A stretch of 56,270 nt of DNA, the filler included, from Dugesia japonica (lineage: Eukaryota): NCBI GenBank assembly GCA_001938525.1. It is 5 parts of 5 records of this genome, joined end to end, with 100 filler letters (N's around TTAATTAATTAA, not from the genome) between each part and the next. Parts side by side here need not be neighbours in the genome. Positions count along the whole stretch, not along the records: positions 32,245 to 44,442 come from MQRL01467668.1; positions 44,543 to 56,270 come from MQRL01625802.1; 3 more parts are not named here. The stretch is one strand, 5' to 3'. Positions 38,041 through 50,400 of this stretch are shown here, piece after piece; position 1 is the first letter of the stretch; every line of letters starts with the position of its first letter. Position numbers and translations under genes: made by a program. The notes below the pieces were generated by a model. It had not been told where the DNA came from. It saw only the letters and a program-made list of their open reading frames with translations, and made no database searches.

Positions 38041-38300
38041 TTTATTTAAAAATAAAAACTTCGATAAAAATTTGTTTTTTTGATTTTTTGAGATTATTTC
38101 AATATTTCGACGTTGTCTTCGTCAGGAATTGACTTTTTTAAAAAAGTCAAGTCTTGACGAAGACAAAGTCGAAATATCGAATTAATCTGAAAAATCAAAA
38201 AAACAAATTTTTGATCGAAGCTTTTATTTTAAATGAATTCTGAAAAACGATCAATGCTTTCGTACAACAAATATTCTCGCAATAATTGCAATTTTAAAAC
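38041..38300 (+). mobile_element. Palindromic Penelope-type non-autonomous insertion with two back-to-back hammerheads and a 12-bp TSD
   Basis: A ~200-bp imperfect palindrome centred at 38139/38140. Hammerhead motifs at 38130-38096 (-) and 38149-38183 (+). TSD GATTATTAGATA at 38029-38040 and 38301-38312. Confidence 0.85.
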
Positions 38301-38319
38301 GATTATTAGATAGAAACGA

Positions 38320-39666
38320 TTGTTAATTATTTAATTCTTAATCACATTACTGTTTACTTGATTGTTATATAATTCAATTTTTACTTTTTATCATTCTCCC
38401 ATTACCATCAATAAACAAAACAAACGCAAGTTGAAAGTCAAGTTCTTTATTTATAAAAACTACACGTCCTTCAAGGATGATCCTTGTAAGCACTGGTCTT
38501 GCCGTAATATTCAGCAAGATAGGTGCCAACATCGACCATGTCCCAAGATGGAATGAGACTAGACAAAGCTGGCCGTTATTCATAAGTATTGGCAGTATTT
38601 GGAATCATCTTATATTGGTTGTGGGTAGAACATCTCGCTTCAAGTTTGACGATCTGCTTCTTGAAGCATGGTTAGAATTAATTTATTTTTTTTCTTTCGT
38701 CAACTTAATATACCTTTGTAGCCTCTTTATTTTCTGATTACATTTTCGTAACAGTTAGCAATATCTAGTCTCGGCCTTTATAAGTTGAGTATCTGTTTCC
38801 TTAAGGGCACTCAATAACCAACTGCGTAGTTGTAGTATATGAAACAATTTGAGGATAGCCACAATCCTTTCTTCGACGTTTTCATAGGAGTTTTTTATCT
38901 TCATACTGAAGGAACATAAGATTAATTAACGATTAACGCGTAATACTACAATATAATTACGTCAATTAAATAACAAATTAAATTTACTAGATTATGAAAG
39001 TATATTACCAGAATTAAGCTTATAGTGAGCTCGTACCTGTATAGCCTGTGATTATCTTCAAAAATTCTTTTCCCTTTGAATAACCCACACATAATTGAAC
39101 TAAGTTTGTTTAGTTCAATACGATTTTACTCAAAACGCAAAAATTATTATCTATCCTATCCAAAATACAGTGGTTTATATAGCGTCAGGATTCTTTCTAT
39201 TCTATGCTTAACCTTCTTTTGGTCGGCTAGCTGTTCACTTTTTTAATTTAAATTTTTAATTTTTCGTACTCCCATTGGTTGTTGTTTGCTGTCTGTCTAC
39301 TTATTTGAGTTTCAACTACAAACATAATTTGCCAATTATTTATTCGACTAATAATTATTTTAATTAATCTATTTGACGCTGATTATTTCCTACTGCGTAA
39401 TTATTCTTACAATGTTGTCCTGCTATGATAATGGTTTTATTATTATGATTACTTGGAAACCTTCCCGGCCACACTGTCCGATCATATACAGCTAATTATT
39501 TTCTGGATGTTGATTTATTTGCCGTTTTCCTACTATAATTAAATTATTTAGCTACTATTATTTGTTTAGTTTTGTTGCTATTTTAATATGACGAATTGTA
39601 TTTTTTACTATTTTAGCTGCATCCTGGAATTTTAACAAGGTTAAAAGTAGGTGTTCTACCCCAACA
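38320..39666. mobile_element. Probable LTR-retrotransposon remnant (LTR-like end at 39666)
   Basis: End GTGTTCTACCCCAACA is shared with 11077. The adjacent decayed reading frame has no recognisable domain. Confidence 0.3.
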
Positions 39667-39719
39667 ATAATAAATTCTTATTGTAGCTTAATAAAGCTAT
39701 TTTCTAGAGTAACGATTAC

Positions 39720-40410
39720 TACATACCAGGGGTGCAGAACAAATGGTCTGCATTCAAAGTCCATGAAAAATCCAAAATGTATTTTTTATAGAAATATAAT
39801 TATATACAACAAATATTTCACGGATTTAAAACGATCTCCTCCAAAATACTAGCTGCAAAATGACACTTTAATAGTGCTTTATTAAACCTTCGAAGTTATC
39901 TAGAATATTATAGTAGTTATAATATAAGTGATGCATAGAATTTGACAAGCTTTTAAAGATAAGTAGTTTTATTTTAAGCAATCTGTGGAACCTTCACACT
40001 ATAGTCACGATGTTAGATCCTACCTTGATGACATCTTGCCAAACAGAAAGATTTGAAGAAGGAGTTTTGTAGAATACCTTCCGCGTTCACCAAATCTAGC
40101 ACAAATGGATATTTTTATGGGTCAATTTTAAAAACAAACTTTTCGCTAGGAAACCTAATTGAAAGCAGAAATTGAACAACAATACAGGCAAATATGAAAT
40201 GGAATGTTTATTAATGTATGCCATTGCGTTGCTTTACGTTGTCAACATTGCCTGAACTAGAACGAACTTTAGTTTGAAAAGATGGTTTAACTGAGCAATA
40301 AAACTAAAAACCGTATATTATATTACACTATGAAAATGAAATGTTTTTTTAATCCAACACAAGTGCATATTTATTTAAAATGTGTATGAAATTTTTAGGA
40401 ACACAGCTTC
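39720..40410 (+). mobile_element. Tc1/mariner-superfamily transposase remnant
   Basis: EYLPRSPNLAQMDIF is a degenerate WPPRSPDL.P.DFF motif. Confidence 0.45.
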
Positions 40411-40540
40411 TCTTTTCTCTCTCTCTCTATATCTATATATTTTTTTTATTTCTTTCTTAAACAAAATTACAAATCAATACATTAATCATAGAAAAAGATA
40501 TTGTATTTGTATTGTATTATATTTTCAATAAATTTCTTTT

Positions 40541-40682
40541 TGAATTCATTAAAATAAAAGCTTCGATCAAAATTTGTTTTTTTTTGGTTTTTAATAATTC
40601 TTTATTTGGACGTCTATGGATTCTGAAAAACAATCAATGATTACGTCCAAGAATTATTCTCGTAATAATTGCAATTGTAAAA
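40541..40682 (+). mobile_element. Penelope-type pLTR copy, hammerhead region deleted
   Basis: An inverted GAATTCATTAAAATAAAAGCTTCGATC arm plus the family tail ATTCTGAAAAACAATCAATG..ATTCTCGTAATAATTGCAATTGTAAAA; flanked by an AAATT(T)CTTTTT near-duplication. Confidence 0.65.
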
Positions 40683-41321
40683 AAATTCTTTTTGTTACTG
40701 TTATTTGCGATAAATCTGATTGCTTTTACATTTTCTGTTTACTCTAAGATTTTATGAAGTTATTTTTTATATAATCAGGATAATATTCATTCTTAAATTC
40801 AGTAGAAGTTCAATTTCAACTATTCTTAACAGATACTAGTGAATATATAATATTTCTTTTACATTATACCTTACTATGAATGAGCTATCGAAAATTAAGA
40901 ATACCCTGAAAATAATTCGCTACAATTGTACTCTGGATATTTGTGTTCTATACAACACTTTGACTATTTTTAGTTCGAATTGAATTTTAAAACTGAGCAT
41001 TCGATAAATTACATTATTTGTTACCAATTAAAACTATAATTATATAATCAATCAACTACAAGTTTTAATATAAATAAAAAATTAATTTCTGTAAAATCCA
41101 ACTTGAAATAAATTGAAAGATAACATATTTACAATANATAAGATAAAGTAGTTTAAATTATTCAAGATTCTTTGAAAATTTTCAATTATTTTTAAAACAA
41201 CTAATCAATTAGTAAAAATATTAAATTACAAATTTTTGTAAAGATATAATATAAGTTCAATTAGAATAAAGTTTTTTTTTATTAAGTGGAACGTATAACA
41301 TATACTATAAAATAACCATAG

Positions 41322-41836
41322 ATATACAAAAATATCTGAAAAAAACAAAATCAAACAATTTTCAGGGGTTAGATGATTTTCGTTTATATTAAGTTCAAAA
41401 TAAATTCTATATAATTTTCAGGAAAAAAAGTTTGCATTCGCGTGGAATAATTTCTNNNNNNNNNNNNNNNNNNNNNNNNNNNNNNNNNNNNNNNNNNNNN
41501 NNNNNNNNNNNNNNNNNNNNNNNNNNNNNNNNNNNNNNNNNNNNNNNNNNNNNNNNNNNNNNNNNNNNNNNNNNNNNNNNNNNNNNNNCGTTTTGTAGTT
41601 TAAATAAATGCTAAGCATAAAATTATATATTTGGATGTCATTTTATTTTATTTTATTACTTTTAGATCGATAATACAATATGAAGCATTTACTTTTGATA
41701 GAAAGTTTTATGGTATGTATTAACAAATACTACTAACAATTTTCGTTAAATTGTGTTTTAATAAATTTCATGTAAATATATTTTAGATTATACAAAAATA
41801 GAATATCGAGATTTAATGGGTGCAAAAAAACGTTAA
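41322..41836 (+). CDS. 3' exons of an unidentified protein-coding gene (partial, crosses a gap)
   Basis: Candidate exons: 41322-41367 (YTKISEKNKIKQFSG), 41422-gap (EKKFAFAWNNF), 41666-41712 (SIIQYEAFTFDRKFY) and 41787-41836 (DYTKIEYRDLMGAKKR*). The 54-nt and 74-nt GT-AG introns are in phase. Confidence 0.5.
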
Positions 41837-41976
41837 CGACCATGACTGCAATATTTACTGTTTTAGAGGTTTTGGTATATAAAACATGGTTTCATATATT
41901 TATTTTTATAGCTAAAAACAGCTTTCAATAACATTTGTTTTAATTTTAAAGTATTGTGTGATATTTCAAAATAAAA

Positions 41977-42554
41977 ATGTTTTTAAGTTTTTTGCTATTA
42001 ACAAGAAGGGTAATAATGAGACCTAAGGCTGACCGCATTAACTCTAGAGATAAATTCATGAGATTTGCCTTTGTAAGCCATTTGAATTTCTTTTAAAGTT
42101 TATACATTTTTAGAATTTTACACATCGTCATAATCGGTGTTATAAATTAGGTGTAGGTAAAGTTATTAAATTATTTCAAAGAATGAATGATACTCGTGTA
42201 TTACGTCGAGTAACTTCACGGCGTGAATTTGCTGATAGAATTCAAAGAGGATGTTTAGAACATGGTTTTGGATGTCCTGAAGTATTTGTTGATTCATTGA
42301 GACGTATGAACATCGAAATAAATAAAAATATGCTCCAAACTTTATGCATTTATGAGCCTAGAACTTTCAAAGTATGATTATATTCCATATTACGTAATTT
42401 AGCAAAATTTATTTAGAGTTTAGTCAGTGTTGTTCAACAGTATTTATTAGATAATGATTATCATTTTCCAAATATGGGAACGCCTGATAAAGTTATTACT
42501 CGTGGAATGTTAAATTCCCCGATTGTTCCTGGAAATAGAAAATATTATATGTAG
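41977..42554 (+). CDS. MRPL20: Mitochondrial ribosomal protein L20 (bL20m), 3 exons, 163 aa
   Basis: Exons 41977-42072, 42114-42371 and 42417-42554, with 41-nt and 45-nt GT-AG introns. Motifs RHNRCYKLGV, RIQRGCLEHG and NIEINKNMLQTLCIYEPRTFK|SL match bL20m. Confidence 0.93.
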
Positions 42555-42779
42555 AAATAAAATCCTTTTGTCTTTGTGTTTTAATTTATTAATTGTAATA
42601 TTAATTTGTATAATTCTTGGATTAGTTATTATTATTGATTAAATTGATTTTTCAATATAATTATAATATGTAGAAATAAAAATATTTTTACTGGATTCTA
42701 GCATGAGTGATTATTTTGAGGATTTTTTATTAATTATGGAGTAAAAAATTAATTCTTTAGCTGATATTATGGGACAGTA

Positions 42780-43230
42780 TTTGATCTAAGTTCCGAATTT
42801 GGGCACTGGTATTTATTATATGGTTTGGGCTGTTCATTGAATATGTTAATAATTTTACCAGTTGTACCGCTTGTCAAATTTTCAGTGACTTATCAAAATT
42901 ATGTCATTAATTGTTTATCCTTCCTGAAGAATTAACAATATTTTAACTAATGTTTTTGATTTGTTAAATTTATCGTAATAAATAGGCGTTAGTTTATGTT
43001 GGGCATCAAGCATTGTAAAATAATTTCAGCTCCCGATTTATCTTTCGCTAGGTAATGAAATGGTCTTGGTCAAACATTTTTGTCAATAATTCCAACCGGT
43101 GCGTTCTAATTGCTTTTGCATAACAAAAAAGTGTTAATCGCTATCTGTTTTGTTTGAAGCCATTAGTAGTAGCTTTCCCTGTTCCAGCTAAAGTAGACTG
43201 TGATAAACCTCGAAAGAATAAATATTTTAA
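42780..43230 (-). mobile_element. pogo/Tigger DDE_1 transposase remnant
   Basis: TLAGTGKATTNGFKQNR*RLTLFCYAKAIRTHRLELL resembles the pogo motif GFK..KDRLT...CANA.G.HKL. Confidence 0.5.
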
Positions 43231-43529
43231 TCAATTTGTTCTTAGAATATATTATCGGGTTTTTAATTTAATATGATTTATTTTTGAATTGATTGTAAAT
43301 TTTTGAATAATTATAATTTTTCAACCTAAACTCATAGATCAGTGGTGTACAATATTTTTTAGATTAACTCGATGCCACGGGCCATGCGTGCAAAGATTTC
43401 GGGCTAAAGGTTGTGCACCAGTTTCAATGAGGTTATTTATTCCTCAAACAAGCTAAAATTAAACATTTTATATAATTATCAATCACATGTCTCACATTGA
43501 TAGGGAAGAGATAGAACATTCTGAAATTC

Positions 43530-44140
43530 TTCGATCTACCGCATTAGTTAGATGTTTATAGTGAGCTTTTGGGATCTTACAATGGTTTTCTATTGAAAAA
43601 ACATGAACTTGATAGGATTGAAAAAATTAGCTGTTGGGGTGAAGGTAGAAACAATATTGAATGATCTTTAGACTCCACAAAAGTGGCTATTTCTGATCAT
43701 TTATGATATGATACATTATCCGTAATGATTATGGCATTGTTAATTTCACTGGCTGTCAATATTCCTATCAGCTCATTCATCTATTCCAACTAGACAATTC
43801 GGTTTTCTGCTTCATTTAATGCTTTTTGAGGAAATATTCCATCTTTACAAATGAAGGCCATAATTGTTTTATTGCGACATTTTATTCCATAAGTATCACA
43901 AATAGCCATTTTCAGATCGACCATGATGTTTTCTTATTGTATCGATAAATTCAGTTTCATCGAGGAAAACTAACTTTCTATCTTCATTAACTACAGACAA
44001 AAATCAACTGCTGTTAGTTTTCTTGGATTCAATTAAAATCTTCTGTTTATAAATGGCATTCAAAACCTTAGAAATTCTTTTCATCGAAAAATCAAAACTA
44101 TCGATATATTGGGTTTTCACGAGTTTAAATGATGTTATTT
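43530..44140 (-). mobile_element. IS630/Tc1-like (DDE_3) transposase remnant
   Basis: RKLVFLDETEF, IITDNVSYHK and FLPSPQQL (degenerate LP.YSP.LN) occur in the expected order. Confidence 0.7.
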
Positions 44141-44542
44141 ATGTGATAGTAGGGGCATACTCATGAAAACCACAAGCATTTTAGCTTCGTGTTNCTTACA
44201 GGCTCTCGGCTTAGTTCCTGTGACTCCTTTTTACGGGAGTGCTGTAACCGCCCATTTGGTTTGTGTCCAGCGAACCAGAATGCTAGTCTCTCTTAGGAAT
44301 ATATTGTTTCTATTTATGTGCGATTCATTACTATCAGGACTTTATTAACGCTTTAAAAAACAAAAATAATTGTAATTTCGTATCATTTATCACTTTATCT
44401 TATAATATTTACAAATTTAAACTTAGGTAAAAAGTTTATGATNNNNNNNNNNNNNNNNNNNNNNNNNNNNNNNNNNNNNNNNNNNNTTAATTAATTAANN
44501 NNNNNNNNNNNNNNNNNNNNNNNNNNNNNNNNNNNNNNNNNN

Positions 44543-46395
44543 CCATCGATCTTTATCCTTTTCTGCAATAATTTTGCTCTCTGAGAAATCATCATACAAA
44601 CCGTTTGTGTCTCCAACTTATCGTCCTCTGTGATTTGGGTATTTGGAGCTTGTAAACTTGGTGCCATTATTCTTCGATCCATAGTGGATACATTATTTTC
44701 TGTTAGCATGGCCATATTCGGGGCTTGTGGTGGGCTCATATATGGGTTGTTATACATCGTGCCTGGTGGTGGTTGGCTCATGGGTTGCCAACCCTGTTGC
44801 GGATACGCGTTATAATACATTTGCGCTGGTGCTGGTATGTTTTCTCCCCCTCCGAACTTGAATGCGTTCTTTAGTCGTTGCATTTTGCTGATCTTTTCGT
44901 ATTGCTGTCTTTTGAATTCCGCATCATATTCCATAGCAGTTTTATAACTGGGTACATGTGGTATTCCGCTGTTTTCTCCTCTATCATCATCGCTACTACT
45001 ACTACTTTCGTCCTTATTTTTAAACCTTTCCTTGAATTGATTGAAATATGATATTTTCTTCTTAGCATTGCTCATTTCTTCGCACAGTAATCGGAGTTGC
45101 ATTATGACTTCCTTGTCTGATCCTCGTATTTGNCCGAGTTTCCGAATGAATCTCTTTACTCTATCGATGTCTTTGGAGTGACTATTAAGTACCATGGTTT
45201 TAGCTAAGAATAGGAAAATGCCTGTCACCATCTTCCAGTTTACTTTTTTCTCCCTTTTGTATATATCGAAGCATGCGAATAATTGCGTGATTACTACTCG
45301 TGCTACCGAGATTATTAACATGACTCCCAACAAGCATGCCATTGCTTGGCCGAATATTATGAATCTTCCCCACATTTTCCTCATAACATTTTCGGTGGCT
45401 TTCTGGAAGTGGTCAGCTGATAGTAATGCGTAATAATTTACTCGTCCGTCGATGTTGGTTCCGCTGGTCAATTGTACGATATTTGAGAGAATTTGCATTC
45501 TTCGAACCGGGAACAACATATATTCTCGTGCTTTTTCTAAGTCTTCTCTACTGTAAATCCCTCCTTTATTTATGTCGATTGGGGTGAATTACATACCCCC
45601 GTTAAGTCGTTACATTGAAAACTTTCGTGGTTCGACTCCTACTGACATTCGTTGTGGGAACCTTATCCATGACTCATCTGTCATTACGTATTGTGGTCCG
45701 AATATGTTAGAACAGTTTATGATATTCGGCCTATAGCCCACTGGTGATATTATTCGAGTAATTGGTTGTACATATCTTTTCTCATTGTTGTGAATGATTT
45801 CTATTTCGTTGTAGCAGTGTTTTGGGTTTGACGAGAATTCTGCATCAATGGCCTTGCACTTATATAGGTACATTACTTCCCCTACTACTCGACCGAATTG
45901 TCCCTTTTCCAATGGGAGTAAAGGAGTGACACTGTCAGGGTTCGTAACTGCCATGGCTAATTTTGTCTTTAATATTTCCTTGTTCAACGTGCAGTCATTC
46001 TGTATGAGATCGTGGTACATTCGTCCGATGGTATCTTGCATTCGATGAAATATATTGTCTAGTTTATTGTTGGTGTAAAGATGTAATTTGATGTCTTGTG
46101 ACATTACCGCTGCTTTCGCTGTTCTTATTCGATGTTCAGATACGAATATTCCTTTATAGTTTGTTTTGAATACTATTTGTCCACACTTCGACATTGAATT
46201 TCCTTTTATTAGTCGGATAGTCTCGTCTTGTTCCGAAGACATTAGCACTGTCAGTGTTGTATGCCATTGCTGGTCATATGACTTTGGACCGGTCCTTATG
46301 GTTTCCTTGATATTATCTATTCTTTCTTTCATGTTACCTTCCTTTGGTGTTTGGTCAATAGGTGATATAGCACGTTGTCCTTGGTATTCATTGTA
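44543..46395 (-). mobile_element. Endogenous chuvirus-like / gB-type class III envelope glycoprotein reading frame (retroelement env), two in-frame stops, both ends truncated
   Basis: ORFs 46332-45610 and 45519-gap are in one frame, joined by FSM*RLNGGM*FTPIDINKGGIYSREDLEKAREY. Motifs: NDCTLNKEIL.TKLAMA..NP, GRVVGEVMYLYKC, CYNEI..YVQPITRI, C..IFGPQY..W, GIYS.EDL..R..MLFP, then two hydrophobic segments. Confidence 0.85.
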
Positions 46396-49300
46396 ATATT
46401 AATATTAATATTGCCCGGGAAGCATCAAATATTTTATGTCAATATTCCCCGGTGAAAATTAATGTAAATTTTGCCCGGTCAGCTAATATTAATATTGCCT
46501 GGCACTATTAATATTAATATTACCGATGCTGGTCTAATGCTAATCGGGAGAAAATTTGCTTAACTACTTACAAATTTAAAGATTTTCATTAATTAATACA
46601 AAAAATTTAATTCCAGGTAATTACGCAATGGTTACATTTATTTAAATTTACACCATGAAAATAAATACATGAAATAGTAAAACAAAAATAAATTATAATT
46701 CAAATTTAAATAAATAAAGTTTTCCCGCAAAAATTAAAGTAAAATAGATTAAATAAATTTATGTAAAAATAATTGAACAAAAAATATGAGCAAAAGTCAC
46801 GTAATCATATCATCCCCGTTAAATGCATATAAAAATCTTTAGGCACAATTAACGTTATCATATGCACACATTATCTATTCTTATCGTCCGGCTAAATTTA
46901 CGTAAAATTTATACACCGCTAATTCGTAATCACATACACATATATAATCCGCGCACAGGGGGGAGGGCTGTGCCAGTGCTGAACTATCTACCTACTTATA
47001 TTAAGGTTAGTTAGACTAATAACAAAAATAAGAAATATATTGGTTAATTAATAAGATTGATAGTAGTAATACTGATATCGTGATGGTTAAACCAATAATA
47101 AATTCAATCAAGCAATACAAATAATAACGTAATGAATCTGATGGTAATAATGTTGAAAGAAACTTTGCAATACTGTCATCATCGGTGACGATTATAATAT
47201 GATTTTAACTTAGATGAATTTACTCCTTCGTATCAATAAAATAACAACAGTATAACGATAATTTAATAATAGCTATAGAAAACTTCATAATAATTACAAT
47301 GCCAGTCATTAGTAATTCTAAAGCTAAGCACTATTCCTTGGTCCACAACACATAGAGGATATTAAGTGTATCAGCTGGCCATATTAGTAATTTTTAGTAG
47401 AAGCGCCTATCTGTTGTTACGTGTGATAAACTTGTCAATGGTCTTAATCCATCGTTACTACCCGTGCGTATTTAATCAATTTTTCTTCAGTACTAGAAAG
47501 AAAAACAGCTGCGATCCCCACTAGCATTTTTGTCGGGATTCTAACAGTAGATAATCGATTGCAGAAAAATAAATATTTTTGCTCGTACCCACAAAGGCTT
47601 AATGGAAAATCAACTCAAGGTAATATCGTGATGCTGATTAGACTCATGTCCATTTTGTTTGTGGGTTTTGTGAGTGTGCTCGATAGATCAGTATCTCTAT
47701 ATTCATAGTCACTAGTACTATCCTGAAATAGACACTACATTCTATCACAACTTCAGCAATGGCAGTGATTATAACTAATAATTTCTAAACCCACCTACAA
47801 CGAGATAACTATCATAATTTAATGACGAAAAATACGGAATTGAATTGATGATAATAGATGACGAGGATTATTTATCAGATGTGTGGGAAAAGATTTGTAT
47901 TTTGCTACATTGCCATAAGAAAATTTAGTGAAAAATACTGACTCGATTCTGTAATGATAACATAGATAATCTGGCTAATTTGCCGATTTGTAGAAATAGT
48001 GCACTGTTAATTTGATTGTAACGACCCACTAACTGAAATAAGAGTACTTTTTCTCGTAATGGCCAATTCTAACTGATCGGTGACATAATACAAATGCTGA
48101 ATTATATTTCAATAGGATTTTTGTAACGATAGAATAAGATAGGTTGATAAGAGACGAGTTTTTTCGTTGAGATTCTTTGGGTTCTGCTGGTGTGCATGGT
48201 TCCTTTATCGGGCTGTTGGATTTAGAGTTGATTTTGGTGGATCTAGAATTATTAACTGTGATAAGTGTGGTAGCCGTGTTGGGATTGTTACTAGTTGAAG
48301 TAGTTTAGGAGTTATGATTTGTAATGAGACTGATTTATTTTATTGGTTGATTACGTAATATGACAAGCCACCATCATAAGTTATGGTTCAATTTTTTGGA
48401 TAAAGAATTGAGTTCATTACGATTTGAGTTCAATATAGCTCTCAATATTAAAAATATGGATTTTATCTTGTGAAATATAGGCATTCCTTTCAATAAAATC
48501 TTTTAATATTTGCTTTCATTTTTGCTTACTGATTGGCATCTTTGCGCGCACTTTGGTTTTAATGGGTTTATTTTCTTTTACTTAATTGTCAGTCAGTAAA
48601 ATCAATCATTTGACTATAACTTATACATTATATAATGTTTTGTTATTGAGTTTTGTTATTTTGTTTATGAGTTTTAACGAATTCGGTTCATCGTTGAAAG
48701 TACTGGCTTAATCATAGAAAAGTTATGAACTTATTAAAAATAAAAGTTTAATATAGAAAATATTTAATAGAGTAAATATACTCACTAATTATATTGCATT
48801 TATTTTGTACGTAAAGTCATTTAATAGGATTAATTTATACACATTTTTGTCCATTTTCGTCTATTTTATACCATTTTGTCATATCTTTAGTCATTTTCCA
48901 TCATTCACCCATATTTTCGCTATTTACCCCTATTTAGCCATAGTTAGCTATATTTTCTCTATTTTCTCACAATTTCCCATTATTCACCCTTCTGTAGCTA
49001 TATTTATCTACATTTTCTCTTATTTTTATTGGGTCTTAATCCTTAAAGAGTAACATTTAAAGATAAAATGATACAATATGACTTAGTGATGGAGAGTAAG
49101 AGCTGATATGACACGCTTCTTATTTAAAATAATATAATTATTTTAGTATATTTTAATTAACTGATTATTATTCTGCTTCTTTGCTTACACCTTAGTTCCC
49201 TACTTGCTCATTGGTAACCGAGTTTGCATTTAAGTTTCCTTGGCTTTAGTTTTCTTTTAAATACCTAATGATCAGTTACATTGTTAGAAATAAGGAGTTC

Positions 49301-50189
49301 AACATAGAAAATATTTTATTCATCATTAGAAATATTGATCTCAACTTTAAAAATACAGGTTTTATGAAGAATGCATGTTTTACTGTAACTAAGTTTTATC
49401 ATGAAAATATTAAACCAAATATATTCAATAAACCAATTGTTGTTAGTAAAATAATTTAAAAATTTACATGAACTTTACTAAAATTAGTTAAAATTTCCAC
49501 ATACTTTTCTGTTATAGTAAATCTAATACTGTCAAGTTTCATGTCTTGATAATTCATTCATATAATTAGTCAGCAAAAATGGATATCAAGTGTTAATATT
49601 CCTCCGGAGAAACAGTTAGATTTTAATTTTCTATGGAATTTTCATAATAGTACTCTATTACTCATACAATTCACCAATTGTTCACCTAATCAAACCAAAT
49701 AATTCAATCAATCATTCAAGTAATTTCACTTTAATATAATAAAATCTTGAAAAATATAGGTTCATTCTATCTAATATGCATTATTCACTAATTAATCGTA
49801 CTTAGTATAATATTCGATATCATAAGGTTTAAGTCATAGTACGCAACTCTCGCTATCATCAAGTATTAATATACGCAATACCCTTTATCATCATTTACCT
49901 ATTGATTATTCAATTAATTGTTTAATCTGTTCATCACTTATTCTTATATTCAGGTCTATAATTCACACGAATATATACTTTACAACAAATAACTGGTTAA
50001 TTATTCAAATATTTTCACCGTAATATAGAAAATTCCTTTGAAAATAAACCTTTTAATGTGCTTTATTAACTAATTAATCATCAAATTGGAACATAAAAAT
50101 TTATTCCTAACCAATTATTCATCTTCAAATAGAAATTTTATTCAATCAAAGTAAAATAATTAATGAAAACCCTATGAAAAGACATGTAG

Positions 50190-50400
50190 ATAACGGAAGA
50201 AAACCAGTGCACAGTCAGCAGAGCTTTGATTACCAGTGCACAGAGTATTGATGACTGAGGACTAGTGTACAGTGTACAGTGAGCAGAGTATTGTTGACTC
50301 AAAACAAGAGCATAGTAAACAGTGTGCATCACATTGATGACTGAGTGAACAGTGAGAAAACCAATAAGTGAGAGAAAATACCAATGAAGAGTAAATTATC
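50190..50400. repeat. Degenerate minisatellite (CAGTGCACAG / AGAGTATTG.TGACT units)
   Basis: Several irregular recurrences of 10-20-bp motifs. Confidence 0.55.

Noticed and set aside
45580-45612. Stop-codon reassignment or readthrough to explain two in-frame TAA in the env frame
   Set aside because: FoxF ends in TAA and MRPL20 in TAG, so the standard code applies; point mutations are the simpler explanation.
44630-46396. Plus-strand ORFs overlapping the envelope gene
   Set aside because: They are antisense shadows of the GC-richer minus-strand coding frame.
47020-48450. Moderately GC-rich block that might be a decayed ORF or LINE
   Set aside because: I could read no motif or sustained frame on either strand.
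50190-50400. CRISPR-like repeat-spacer array
   Set aside because: The repeats are irregular and degenerate, with no constant-length spacers, no cas genes and a eukaryotic context.
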